Numbered from the stretch's first letter, positions 49,065 through 59,255 are shown. The stretch is 64,000 nt of DNA from Candidatus Sungbacteria bacterium RIFCSPLOWO2_01_FULL_47_32 (GCA_001820685.1 MHQP01000009.1:808-64807); one strand, 5' to 3'. Program-made: numbers and translations. The notes: generated from the sequence alone by a model not told the origin.

Positions 49065-49201
49065 GGCCGCATAATTTTAAAGAATCATACCATAGCCATC
49101 GGTTTTTTGAAAATAATGACGCATATAGTTGGCAAATAGAAAAATTCACCCCGTGGTGAATTTTTGCCTCACAAATGCTTGTTATAATTACAGCGAATCC
49201 G

Positions 49202-49336
49202 CTATGCCGGTGTTTCTTTTTGGCTGGACACATCTCTATCTTTTTTCCGTTTCAACCAGCGTATTACCCAAACACGGATGCCATACACGACAGCGAGCGG
49301 TAAGAGTATTTCAATTAATATCAAAATAAAATTCAT
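49202..49336 (-). CDS. Small single-TM protein
   Basis: 44 aa: a hydrophobic helix followed by a basic tail. Confidence 0.4.
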   Translation of the reverse strand: MNFILILIEILLPLAVVYGIRVWVIRWLKRKKDRDVSSQKETPA

Positions 49337-49683
49337 TTTTTTTGTTTTTAGGGCCGGAAAATAACTCTTTTCCGAGTGTATCTTCGTACTATGAGTATAA
49401 GCTATTTCCGTTTTTAATTCAAATCGCTTGTCCACATGGGGGAGGAGAAGACTCATTATCATGCTTTTGGGCGGACGGCGCGAGAAACTTAGCTTCTTTG
49501 TGTAACTTTGATTATCGACGTTTCACCGTTTTTAGAATATAATGGAAGCATTAACCTTTTCTGCTCAAGGCGGAAAATGTGCTCTATTCTATGTAAAAAA
49601 CCGGGATAGTCTGAAAAATTTCTTACTCGGCAGTCCAAGACAAGCATTCAAGAATTAAACGGAACAGGCGTGTTCAAAAAATT

Positions 49684-52600
49684 ATGAATGGAAGGCATCA
49701 TAAAAACACCGATGCTGTCGGTGATCCAATTCATCGCATGTCAAAGAGCCATCCTGAAAAAATTGCGGTCGTCTTGCCCGCGCACAATGAAGCAGCGCAT
49801 ATTGGCGCTGTTCTTCGTGCTCTTGCCGCTTACCCCGTTATTCCCATAGTCGTCGACGACGCATCCGGCGATGGTACTGCAACTCGCGCCGGTTCTCATA
49901 CAAATGTTGCTGTCGTAACCCGCACGTATCGGGGGGGCAAAGAGGCTGCTCTTAAAGACGGACTTCATGAGGCGCTTCGCCGTGGCGTCGACGCAGTGGT
50001 CTTTATGGATGCCGACGGACAGCATGATCCGGCCGACATCGAAAAGTTTCTTACTCTCTGGAGAAGCGAGCATCCGGATGTAATTATTGGAATGCGAAAT
50101 TTGAGAAGTCGCGTAATGCCTCTTTCGCGAAAAGTGTGGAACCGTCTTATAAGCCTGCTCATCGGATTTTTTGCCGAAAAAATCTTTTCTGATACTCAAT
50201 GCGGATTTCGTCTTTTTTCTCGCCGTGCCGCCGAAAAACTTTCATTCGGTGCATCCGGGTATGCGTTTGAAACTGAGAGCATATACGAAATGCTTGAACA
50301 AGGCTTTGAGGTACGCGTGGTTCCCATAAAAACCATATATAATAAAGTCGGCAAAGAATCACTTTTCGAAATAAGCCGGGCTATGCATCTTTTTTATTAT
50401 GCCGTGACGCGTGGCATGCGCTGTTCGGTAAAACGCTCTTTTCAGATTTTCCATCAGGTAGCAAAGCCGGCGCTCATCCTTCTTTTTATTTTTCTTTCGT
50501 TTCTGCTTTTTGTGGAGTCATATATGGCGGCGACCAATGAGCCACAAGCCTCTCGCAATGCCCTCTCTGCGGAATATCTTGCGGCATTTACCTGGTTAAA
50601 AAAACACACCGAACCCAGCGCGATTATTATGGCACACTGGTATCGCGGCAACCAGATCGTCGCATTCGCAGACCGGAGAGTTGTTTCTACGACGAAAGTG
50701 TACCCCACGGAGGCTACAGATGTTGCCGAACGGCACCGTGATATTGCAAAGTTTTTTCTTGCGGGAGACGAAACAAAAGCGCTTTCAGTTGCCACAAAAT
50801 ACAGCGCGTCATATGTTTTCGTAAGCAAAGACTTCGAGGCGTGGCTCTGCAATAACATCTCCCGGTGTGATGTTAGTCTCGACGGGCGGACGCTTTCCCG
50901 CCGGGCAATGCGGCAAACTTTCGCTGGCCGCATGGCGCAAGGAGATGAGTTCACGCATTTTAAAAAAGTCTGGAATTCCCCGCACATTGCGATATATAAA
51001 ATAACCGATGCGGACCAGTCTATTCCTCACCATGTTCGGGAGACAGCGCTTTTTATTGCCCGCTCGACGATTGAGGCCGCACTCAACGGTAAAACGCTCA
51101 CACCACAAGACTTTCAAAAGCTTATTCGCGCACGGGGGCTGGATGAGGCGTTTTCCGAAAAAATGGATGTTGATGTTTCTGCGTGGTCAAACCAACGCTT
51201 TCGCGCCTCACGCCTTGGGATTGGTGGGACATTACTAGGAAACATTGTTCTTGCCGCGCACGCCACTGCATTTGATAACCGCTTTTACTCGCTTGAAAAA
51301 AGCGAGGTCGAAGCAATGCAGGTTGAAGTCGTATTCATGAAAGATGACCCATATCCTCTTGAGCCATACGCGCTTAAAACAGCCTCTATCGATCCTTTTA
51401 AGGGCTATGCGCTTGAATATAAAAATAATAGGGTCATCTTTCTTCCGGAGGTTTTTAATGTTCATCAGTACCACAATCTTGCGGAATTTTTAGGAAGTCT
51501 GTGCAGGAAGGGAGGGTTTGCGGCATCGTGCTATCGTGAGCCGGATGCGCGCGTAACTGCGTTTAGCGTGGAAGATATCATTGAGTCAAAAGATAAAAAA
51601 ACCATTCTTGAGCTCGCGGGGCCCTTGGTTGATGCTTTGGCCGAATACTCCGATACCCGTCTCATGGCGCGTCTCGGACTTGCCGCCCGGTGGCTTTTGG
51701 CAAACAGCGACGCCGAAGGGCGCATGACATTTACTATTAATCCGCTTGACGGCACCGAGTCCAGAAATTTTGACGTGATCAGAAATGCTCTCGGATCACA
51801 AAGCCTGGCCGCATTCTATCGAATAAGCGGCGATAAAAACTTTTTGGAAAGCGCACAAAAAAGCAGAAATTATATCGTATCAAAAAGAGAGTTTCTCCGG
51901 AGCAATTACCCGAGCGAAAAGCTTCCCACCGGTATTTTGAATTTTCTTATTCTTGCCGACCTTGAACTTTTTGACATAACACACAACGAAACTTATAAAA
52001 CTTCGGCGGTTATGTGGACAAACATGCTGTGGTCTTTACGATCCGGAAGAGAGGACTTTTCTTTGGTGTTTTTTCCAGATGGGAAATCTGCCGGCGCTGA
52101 AGGAAGAAGAAGTGACCCAATCGTTCGTTATCAAGCGCTCGCTGCTCTTGCAAAATCAATGCGTGTGACCGGAAGTTCTGCGCGCCTTAAGGACCTTGAA
52201 TTGCTTGCATCAATGTACCAGAAGGAGTTTCAGCAGGGCCGGATACTGAAAGAAGGCAAACTCTCTATCGCAAAAAATGCCTGGCTCGTCAATGCGTTTG
52301 CGGAAATGTATCGTCTTACGAAAAAACGTGAATATGCCGATTTTGCCTTTGACGTTGCGGACTGGCTGCTTGGTTACCAGCTTTTGGGAGGGGCCGGGAA
52401 GGAGGGTGCGTTCACCAACACTCCGGCCGATGACGATACGTATTACGCGCGCGGCACAGGAAAAACGACGGAAGCGCTCGCCGACGCGTATGCTTTGGCA
52501 AAAGAGACGGGAGACGCACGGAGAGAAAAAATATACGCCGAATCTCTCCGTTCTGCGTTTGGCTGGCTTATGAGTCTTCAGCTGACAGACGAAAACAGCT

Positions 52601-52734
52601 TCTGGGTTTCCCCCTCGGCGCTTTCACGTTCTATTGGCGGCCTGCGCCACGATGTAAAAAATCCTAAATTATGGATTGACAGCGCTTCGCATTTTCTTCT
52701 CGGCGGCTCCATGTATTTGAAATCCTTAAAATAG
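49684..52734 (+). CDS. Multidomain protein: GT2 (DPM1-like) + TM + STT3/AglB C-terminal core-like + AMMECR1 + (alpha/alpha)6 toroid
   Basis: GT2 motifs PAHNE, VDDAS.DGT, DADGQH and DTQCGF. STT3-like WLKKHT...AHWYRG..I...ADR. AMMECR1-like ARSTI, DNRF..L...E, IFLPEV and FL..LC.K. Helical C-terminal repeats. Start may be ATG 49738. Confidence 0.75.
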   Translation: MNGRHHKNTDAVGDPIHRMSKSHPEKIAVVLPAHNEAAHIGAVLRALAAYPVIPIVVDDASGDGTATRAGSHTNVAVVTRTYRGGKEAALKDGLHEALRRGVDAVVFMDADGQHDPADIEKFLTLWRSEHPDVIIGMRNLRSRVMPLSRKVWNRLISLLIGFFAEKIFSDTQCGFRLFSRRAAEKLSFGASGYAFETESIYEMLEQGFEVRVVPIKTIYNKVGKESLFEISRAMHLFYYAVTRGMRCSVKRSFQIFHQVAKPALILLFIFLSFLLFVESYMAATNEPQASRNALSAEYLAAFTWLKKHTEPSAIIMAHWYRGNQIVAFADRRVVSTTKVYPTEATDVAERHRDIAKFFLAGDETKALSVATKYSASYVFVSKDFEAWLCNNISRCDVSLDGRTLSRRAMRQTFAGRMAQGDEFTHFKKVWNSPHIAIYKITDADQSIPHHVRETALFIARSTIEAALNGKTLTPQDFQKLIRARGLDEAFSEKMDVDVSAWSNQRFRASRLGIGGTLLGNIVLAAHATAFDNRFYSLEKSEVEAMQVEVVFMKDDPYPLEPYALKTASIDPFKGYALEYKNNRVIFLPEVFNVHQYHNLAEFLGSLCRKGGFAASCYREPDARVTAFSVEDIIESKDKKTILELAGPLVDALAEYSDTRLMARLGLAARWLLANSDAEGRMTFTINPLDGTESRNFDVIRNALGSQSLAAFYRISGDKNFLESAQKSRNYIVSKREFLRSNYPSEKLPTGILNFLILADLELFDITHNETYKTSAVMWTNMLWSLRSGREDFSLVFFPDGKSAGAEGRRSDPIVRYQALAALAKSMRVTGSSARLKDLELLASMYQKEFQQGRILKEGKLSIAKNAWLVNAFAEMYRLTKKREYADFAFDVADWLLGYQLLGGAGKEGAFTNTPADDDTYYARGTGKTTEALADAYALAKETGDARREKIYAESLRSAFGWLMSLQLTDENSFWVSPSALSRSIGGLRHDVKNPKLWIDSASHFLLGGSMYLKSLK

Positions 52735-52742
52735 TATTTCGC

Positions 52743-54545
52743 ATGAACAATGTCCTGCTAAAAAAAAGACGGACTCTCGTTGCGGCAGGGTTGCTTGTTT
52801 TTATTTTCATGGGAGGGCTCTATGTGCGAACCATTCGCACGGGACATTACCTCCCATATCACACTGTTGCCAGCTACTACTATGATAAATCAAACCGGCT
52901 GAATAACGACGGGGTTTTCCCCAAAACGGATATATGGGATTTTGCCCCGGACGCAAGGATTGATAATGCTCCTCCGGGACTGGCCTATATAACGGTCTTT
53001 CTCTACCGGGTGTTCGGCGGCAGAACAGCATTTTATGATTTTGCCCAAACGTTTCCTCTTTTCATATATGCGGCATGGTTCATCATGCTCGTTCTTTCTT
53101 TTAGAAAGCTTTTTGGCGCGCTCATAACGCTCGGAGGAGCAGCACTTTTTGCATTTCTTCCCGTCTCAGCTTTTTTTACAACACGCGGCCACTATCTGGA
53201 AGAGACGCTCGGCGCGTTACTTATTTTCATCATGGTGCATTGTATTATCCGAATTCCCGAGGAAAAAGAACGGCGGCAACGACACATTCTTAGTATTTCT
53301 CTTCTTCTTTCTACGGCACTTTTCGCGCTCACCTGGCAGCAATATATCGTGGTACTGGGTGCTGCGGGAGCACTCATAGCACTCTGGGCCTTTAAAAAAA
53401 GCGTCGCATCAGCCGGTCTTCTTGCCCTCGCCATCGCGGGCGGGGTCTTTCTTGCCGAGGCTTGGTGTCGTTTGGCAGGACTCGGATATTCGCCGCTTAT
53501 GATGGCATGGGAGTTTATCTATGCCACTATTCACCACAATGATCCGGCACTCTATGCCGCGATGCGTCGAACGGACTGGGCAAATCCCGGTCTCAAAGAT
53601 CTATATAGTTATTTTGGCGCGCTCGGCATACTTGCGGGTATCCTCGGGGTTTTCTCCGTACTTACCGATCTAAAAAACTCACGGAAGCAAGTAATCGGGA
53701 TATTTGCCGCCGCAGGGCTTGTGGTACTTGCCGCATTTGTAAAGGACCGGTTTTTAGCATTGACCCTTTTTTTATATCTCTTCGCGCTTGGCCTTGATGT
53801 TCTTATCCATCCTGAAATGATACGCCGCGCCTTCAAATCTTTTTTTTCGTTACCGGGAGTGGCGCGGTCTCTTTGTATCGTGGGCGCCCATAAAAAAGAA
53901 CTCACGGCCGGAGTGTGCGTTCTTATTGCCAGTGGAATAGTGTTCACTCTATTCTCCGATACCATTCTTTCGAAGACGCTGTATCGAAATAAACCGCTTC
54001 CTATAATCACTGTTTCATCCGGCAATACGCCGCTGAAGGTCGGCGGCTCGTATAAGGTCGTTCTTACTCTTAAAAATACCGGCGGAAGGCCTCTTTCCGG
54101 AGATAGTGTTTTCGGCGGCCTGCACGTGGAGATTGAAAACGCAATCGTTAAAAACATTCGCGCGTATTCGCGTTTCACCAAATCGGAGGCGTCACTTAAA
54201 AACTTCGCCTGGGCGGGAGACAAATTTTTCTTTGAAACGAAATATTATTTTCTCAATTCGAGCGAGGATGGGGGGGTTACGTTCGTGGTCGAACCATATG
54301 CCCTGCCGGTAACAATTTATTACCGCGGATGGCTGCCGGGGTTTTGCACGAAAGAAGAGCGAGGTACGGCGCTTAACGATCTCCTGCCTGCTTGGAAGAG
54401 AGATGACAAAGGCGGCTGGCGAAACGAATCCTGTATCATGCGCGCGCCGGAGACCCCGGAAAACGGAGCAACCCTTTGCCGCATACCTGTTATGGCGGCT
54501 CACCAAGCAATTCAGGACTTTCCGTGTTTTGAGAAGCAATTGTAA
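52743..54545 (+). CDS. GT-C / STT3-like multi-TM glycosyltransferase with a C-terminal Ig-like, Cys-containing domain
   Basis: YYY...P..D...AP...PPGL.Y loop after TM1, A.LP....T..G...EE and W..Y. About 12 TM helices; starts 8 nt after the previous gene. Confidence 0.7.
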   Translation: MNNVLLKKRRTLVAAGLLVFIFMGGLYVRTIRTGHYLPYHTVASYYYDKSNRLNNDGVFPKTDIWDFAPDARIDNAPPGLAYITVFLYRVFGGRTAFYDFAQTFPLFIYAAWFIMLVLSFRKLFGALITLGGAALFAFLPVSAFFTTRGHYLEETLGALLIFIMVHCIIRIPEEKERRQRHILSISLLLSTALFALTWQQYIVVLGAAGALIALWAFKKSVASAGLLALAIAGGVFLAEAWCRLAGLGYSPLMMAWEFIYATIHHNDPALYAAMRRTDWANPGLKDLYSYFGALGILAGILGVFSVLTDLKNSRKQVIGIFAAAGLVVLAAFVKDRFLALTLFLYLFALGLDVLIHPEMIRRAFKSFFSLPGVARSLCIVGAHKKELTAGVCVLIASGIVFTLFSDTILSKTLYRNKPLPIITVSSGNTPLKVGGSYKVVLTLKNTGGRPLSGDSVFGGLHVEIENAIVKNIRAYSRFTKSEASLKNFAWAGDKFFFETKYYFLNSSEDGGVTFVVEPYALPVTIYYRGWLPGFCTKEERGTALNDLLPAWKRDDKGGWRNESCIMRAPETPENGATLCRIPVMAAHQAIQDFPCFEKQL

Positions 54546-54570
54546 AGTAGCGGGAACTGATACGCTATCG

Positions 54571-54599
54571 AAAGGTCCGCCCCGAGGCGGATCTTTTTT
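54571..54599. terminator. Bidirectional terminator
   Basis: aaaggtccgcc-cga-ggcggatcttttt. Confidence 0.75.
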
Positions 54600-54664
54600 G
54601 TATCTTCGGCAAGTAGTGTGGTCTATTGCGTATTATATCGATAAATTCCGCCTGTTGTTTATCT

Positions 54665-56125
54665 TTAAAACTTTTCAACAAATCCGGCGCCCTCTCCGAA
54701 ATAAATCACTCCCCGCTCTCCCCGGTTAAGGCGCTGCACAATGTCGCCCCCGGGAGAGATTATGGCAGAGATGCCGGTCTTATAAGCCCGGAAAAGCCAT
54801 ACGTGGGCCTCGGTCGCGCGAAGCTGTGCCATTCTAAGCGTACCGCGAAAAATGAAATTCGATAGAAATGGACGGTCGCTTCCCGAAACAACAAGAATGG
54901 GTGCGCCCATGCGCTTGATGCGATTCAGGAACTTCGGTGAAAATGGCTCATTACAGATGGCTGCGGCAAATATGCCGTCCGGCGTCAGAAGACCATTTTT
55001 TTCTGCGGCATCAGCCGGAACAAATGGCGTTATCGAATAACCGACGGGTTTATCAAAAAGATACTTATAAAAACCGCCGGGGCGGTAGTCAGAAACCGGG
55101 AACAATATCTCTTTTTTGTACTTTCCGACGACCTCGCCGTGTTGTAACGCGAACATTGTCTGAAGAATAATACCACCCTCCGTTTTTACCGGAATGTAGA
55201 ATATAACAGTCGCATCCGTTTCAATAAGTGTTTTGCCGAGCGTTTGCGTCCAAAAATCTTTTGAAAGCTTTGACTCCGCCGTTACAGGCGAGACGATCTG
55301 CGCCGAAAAAATGATCGTTTGAACGTTTCGCGTAAGCGCCTTTTTGATAAGCGGACCGTAATTCTCATCACGTTCTATCGGAAAAGTATCCGGAAATTTC
55401 ACATTGGGTTGAATAATAGCAACAGATGGTAAACCGGCCGGATATTCCGCTGAAATTCGCTCATGCAACATAACACCATAGAGGAAAAAAATGATAAGCC
55501 CGAATAACGAGAGGCTAATGTAAAAAAGCGGGATTCGCGTAAGCGGACGAAATACACAGCACGCATAGAGAATGCTCCCTGAAAACACTGTTATAAAACT
55601 TAAGAGGGGAACACCCAAAAATATCCCCGCCAGTTCCCGAAAGAGCCCTATGGCAACGAGCGGAATACCCACAAACCACCAATCAAATCCGAAGGTGACC
55701 ACGCGTATGACAAGCTCTGACACGACCCAAAGCGCCGGAAAGACAAACAGAATAAGCGGCTCATGCGGAATTTTTCTTGCCACCAATTTAAGCGCTACAA
55801 ACATGATACCAAAAACACCGCCAAAGATACCCGCGGCAACCGCGAATATGCCCAAAACTCTGGCAATAAGCTTGGGGTCGAAAGCAGTTGCGGCGCCAAA
55901 CACTTCGGATTCAGCATCGAGAAGCGGCGGCAATCCTATAAGGAGGAAAAGAGTTCCGACAAACGCGCCCCACAAAAAAACCGTAAAAACTGCCTTGGAA
56001 ACGACCATGCGCATACCGAAAAGGAGGGGTGGAAATATAAAAAACGCAAGAAACCACAGAGGTCCGCTCCAGTATGAAAGCCCAAAAAAAACCATTGAAA
56101 GAAGGAATGGAAGGAATGTGCGCAT
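54665..56125 (-). CDS. lnt: Apolipoprotein N-acyltransferase-like protein (TM + nitrilase domain)
   Basis: LWV..E, GF.W, IIQPN, Y.K..L.P..DY.P, ICNE, RA.E and TGISA.I.P.G. Confidence 0.8.
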   Translation of the reverse strand: MRTFLPFLLSMVFFGLSYWSGPLWFLAFFIFPPLLFGMRMVVSKAVFTVFLWGAFVGTLFLLIGLPPLLDAESEVFGAATAFDPKLIARVLGIFAVAAGIFGGVFGIMFVALKLVARKIPHEPLILFVFPALWVVSELVIRVVTFGFDWWFVGIPLVAIGLFRELAGIFLGVPLLSFITVFSGSILYACCVFRPLTRIPLFYISLSLFGLIIFFLYGVMLHERISAEYPAGLPSVAIIQPNVKFPDTFPIERDENYGPLIKKALTRNVQTIIFSAQIVSPVTAESKLSKDFWTQTLGKTLIETDATVIFYIPVKTEGGIILQTMFALQHGEVVGKYKKEILFPVSDYRPGGFYKYLFDKPVGYSITPFVPADAAEKNGLLTPDGIFAAAICNEPFSPKFLNRIKRMGAPILVVSGSDRPFLSNFIFRGTLRMAQLRATEAHVWLFRAYKTGISAIISPGGDIVQRLNRGERGVIYFGEGAGFVEKF

Positions 56126-56268
56126 GAGATTATACCATCATTATAGTATGGGTTTCCGTTTCTTAGAAGAAAGATAAAATAAAGCCTTTCGCATTAAGCA
56201 TACATTCAAAGATTTTCTGATTAAAGAAGATCCCCTAGAGGGGATCTTCTTCTTTAATTGCTTTTGTA

Positions 56269-58035
56269 TTATTTTCCGCCTTCTCCCTCGCCACCGCCAC
56301 CGCCCGCTTCGGCACCTGCATCTTCATCTTCAGCTTCAGCACCACCGCCCGCTTCGGCACCTGCATTTTCATCTTCAGCTTCAGCACCACCGCCCGCTTC
56401 GGCACCTGCATTTTCATCTTCAGCGTCGGCTCCTCCAGGGGCTCCGGGACCTGTATCAGGGCCGGCATTTTCAACATCTGAACCATCTGCAGCTTCGGCA
56501 CCTGCATTTTCATCTTCAGCGTCGGCTCCTCCAGGGGCTCCGGGACCTGTATCAGGACCGGCATTACCGCCGGAAACTTCAGGGGCGTTAGCTCCGACCT
56601 CAACTTCAGCAACACTTCCAGGGGCGCCGGGACCGGTATCAGGGCCGGGATTTCCAACATCCACATCCACCCCCACATCCATGTCAATACCTATATCCAC
56701 ATCTATGTCAATACCTATATCCACATCAGTAGTAACGTCTACGGTAGGAGTAAGGCCAAAGAAACTTGCGATTGCATTTATTGCATTGATGGCCATCTGA
56801 CCAATTGTGCTTAAAAGTCCGCCGAACATGCCATCAATCGCATTGCTTATCATGCCATTCGTTACTGCGTCTACAACTGCAACAACGGCCATCGCCATCA
56901 TTCCTATTGGGCCAGTAACTGCCGTAATTCCGAGGCCGACAACGCCCAATCCTACCGACGCAGGAGTAGCGCCATTGCCTATTCCTATAGCACCCGCAAC
57001 GGCACCTCCTATTCCGGTAGCTGCAGGCCCGCCACCTCCACTTCCGCCTCCATCTCCGCTTGTCCCGCCTGACGTTCCTCCTGATGTGCCTCCATCTGTA
57101 CTGCCGCTCCCATCAGACATTCCGCCCGTAGTTCCTCCGGAGTCTGTTGATGGACTGCCAGCATCAGAACCTCCGCCTGATGTCGTATCGCTGGTTGGTG
57201 AAGAGCATGAAAGCGTTCCGCAGCTCTCGCAAGATCCCCCAACGTAAGTGCAGTCGGCAGGCGGGGGAGCACAGGAGACACACGATGACGGAGGGGGAGG
57301 CGAAGATGTTGGCGAAGATGTTGGAGCTAACGCAAGACCCGGTTCAACGCTCCATCCGGTGATTTTGTTATCATATGATATTTTCCACCATGTAAAACCA
57401 TCCGCGACCATAGGTCCGTCGATAACTGTGCCCAGAGAACCGGAGGGTTCATTGCCGATAAGTGTTCCGGAGGACGAAGGAGAAGAGCGGACATTCAAAA
57501 CTTCTGTTGTAATGACCCTGTCTCCGATAGAAAACATCGGAGTGATGATTTCAGGAGTCGGTGTTGTCGGAGGCGAACTCGGAGCGGGGGGTAAAGAAGC
57601 GGGAACTACCTTAACGTTAAATGTGGTCTGCGCGGCGAGCCCGTTTCCGGTTGCGTATGCCGTGATCGCATATATTCCGAGGGGGGTTGTTGGCGTCGTA
57701 GTTATAATAATCGTCGTACCGCATGGAGGGATGCAGGAAGAAGGGGCAAATAAAAACGATGAGTCCGAAGGAAGTCCGGCTGCCGAAAAGGCAACCTTTT
57801 CTTCCGCAGCCGGGCTTATAAAAGCGTTAAGCGTATTCGCGGCACTTTGTCCTTGGGCAATAGTTACGTCTCCTCCGTTTTGAAGGAGGAATGCGATGGA
57901 TCCGGGCGGCGTTGACGTGGAGGTTTGAGCGATAACGAAGCCAGCCGGGAAACTTAGAATTGCCAGGTGGGCGATAAGCGCAAACGAAATTGTTTTTCCC
58001 ACAAGGGAAGAGGCTCTTTGTGAAAATATTTTCAT
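56269..58035 (-). CDS. Secreted/surface protein: Ig-like + SH3b + Cys-rich + Gly/Ala hydrophobic region + acidic repeats
   Basis: Signal peptide, SH3b motif LNVRS.P...G...DGP...WWKI.Y...GW and low-complexity linkers. Start set at ATG 58035. Confidence 0.75.
   Translation of the reverse strand: MKIFSQRASSLVGKTISFALIAHLAILSFPAGFVIAQTSTSTPPGSIAFLLQNGGDVTIAQGQSAANTLNAFISPAAEEKVAFSAAGLPSDSSFLFAPSSCIPPCGTTIIITTTPTTPLGIYAITAYATGNGLAAQTTFNVKVVPASLPPAPSSPPTTPTPEIITPMFSIGDRVITTEVLNVRSSPSSSGTLIGNEPSGSLGTVIDGPMVADGFTWWKISYDNKITGWSVEPGLALAPTSSPTSSPPPPSSCVSCAPPPADCTYVGGSCESCGTLSCSSPTSDTTSGGGSDAGSPSTDSGGTTGGMSDGSGSTDGGTSGGTSGGTSGDGGGSGGGGPAATGIGGAVAGAIGIGNGATPASVGLGVVGLGITAVTGPIGMMAMAVVAVVDAVTNGMISNAIDGMFGGLLSTIGQMAINAINAIASFFGLTPTVDVTTDVDIGIDIDVDIGIDMDVGVDVDVGNPGPDTGPGAPGSVAEVEVGANAPEVSGGNAGPDTGPGAPGGADAEDENAGAEAADGSDVENAGPDTGPGAPGGADAEDENAGAEAGGGAEAEDENAGAEAGGGAEAEDEDAGAEAGGGGGEGEGGK
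56297..56556. repeat. Coding tandem repeats (45-bp x3, 96-bp x2)
   Basis: ccaccgcccgcttcgg at 56297, 56342 and 56387; gcttcggcacctgcattttc at 56396 and 56492. Confidence 0.9.
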
Positions 58036-58146
58036 AAAAGAAGGTATTTTTTGAAGTTTTATATTATCTTCATAGTACTCCATTCTATGCTTATTCACAA
58101 ATTCCCTATGCACAGAAAAATGCAAAAACCCGCCTCAAGGCGGGTT

Positions 58147-59103
58147 TTAAAGCAAAGAAACAAGAACAGAGGCAAGCTTTTTGGGGTCATGCCTCAAAAA
58201 CCCTTTTTCTCGGAGGAAATCTCCGAATATTGGCGTGGGTTTTTGGGACATACCTTCCGATCCCACAAACTCCGAGCGCTCGGCGGAATATTTCGTAAGA
58301 CGAGCGAGGGAGGGCCGGCGCGTGTTGACGACGGCATAGTCGAGCACACGCTTTCCCAGGTAGGCTTCAATAGTTGACACGAATTGCGATGCGTCAAACT
58401 TATTCGTTTCGCCGGACTTTGTCATAAGATTCACAACATACGCTTTTTTTGCTTTTGAGCTTCGTATCGCTTCCGGAATGCCGGAAACGATAAGATTCGG
58501 AACGATGCTTGTGTAAAGGTCTCCGGGGCCGATGACGATAAGGTCTGCCGTGCGTATCTTCTCAACGGCCCGTTTATTTGCGCGCGCCTTCGGCGAAAGG
58601 AAAACGCGCTTGATTTTAAGTTCCGGGTCATGCTTCGGAACGTCGATATTCGTTTCTCCCATGACTGTTCTGCCGTTCTCAAGGAGTGCTCCGAGTTTTA
58701 CGTTTGAAAGCGTAACCGGCAATACGTGCCCGCGGATGTTCAGAAGCCTTCCTGCTTCGTACACCGCGTCTTCAAAACTTCCGGTAAGCCGCTCAAGGGC
58801 TGTTAGCATGATGTTGCCGAATGTGTGTCCCTTGAGGTTTCCTTGTTCAAAGCGGTAGTTGAAAAGATCCGCGACAAGACGGTCTTCGGTATGAGAAAGC
58901 GCTACCAAAACTCTCCGCACGTCTCCCGGAGGAAGTATGCCGAATTCTTCTCTCAAAACTCCGGATGATCCTCCGTCGTCAGCCATGGAAACGACCGCGG
59001 AAAGTTCCACCGGATATGCGCGGAGTCCGGAAAGCACGGTAAACACACCGGTGCCTCCGCCGATGACGACTATCTTTTTTGTTTTATCCGCCGCTGTTTT
59101 CAT
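58147..59103 (-). CDS. yvcK: YvcK/GlmR (CofD-like) UDP-GlcNAc-binding protein
   Basis: GGGTG, DDGGSSG.LR, PPGD.R, GH.FGN, GPGDLYTS, NLMT..GET and RHD. Confidence 0.93.
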   Translation of the reverse strand: MKTAADKTKKIVVIGGGTGVFTVLSGLRAYPVELSAVVSMADDGGSSGVLREEFGILPPGDVRRVLVALSHTEDRLVADLFNYRFEQGNLKGHTFGNIMLTALERLTGSFEDAVYEAGRLLNIRGHVLPVTLSNVKLGALLENGRTVMGETNIDVPKHDPELKIKRVFLSPKARANKRAVEKIRTADLIVIGPGDLYTSIVPNLIVSGIPEAIRSSKAKKAYVVNLMTKSGETNKFDASQFVSTIEAYLGKRVLDYAVVNTRRPSLARLTKYSAERSEFVGSEGMSQKPTPIFGDFLREKGFLRHDPKKLASVLVSLL

Positions 59104-59255
59104 GTTTCCGTATTACTTCAGAGTAACGGTAAAAAGAAAAAAATCAAATGTATAACTTCGAAGACTTGCGCGGCGTGTTATAATGTGCTACTTTTTTGCC
59201 AGCGCTCATTAACATTTTTATACGGATGTGCGTTCCGGAGAGAACGGAGGACGCG

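Noticed and set aside
56235-57883. Long plus-strand and alternate-frame ORFs (56258-56800, 56807-57247, 57248-57883, 56235-56687)
   Set aside because: These are shadow frames of the low-complexity, GC-rich repeat gene on the minus strand, which has the signal peptide and SH3b domain.
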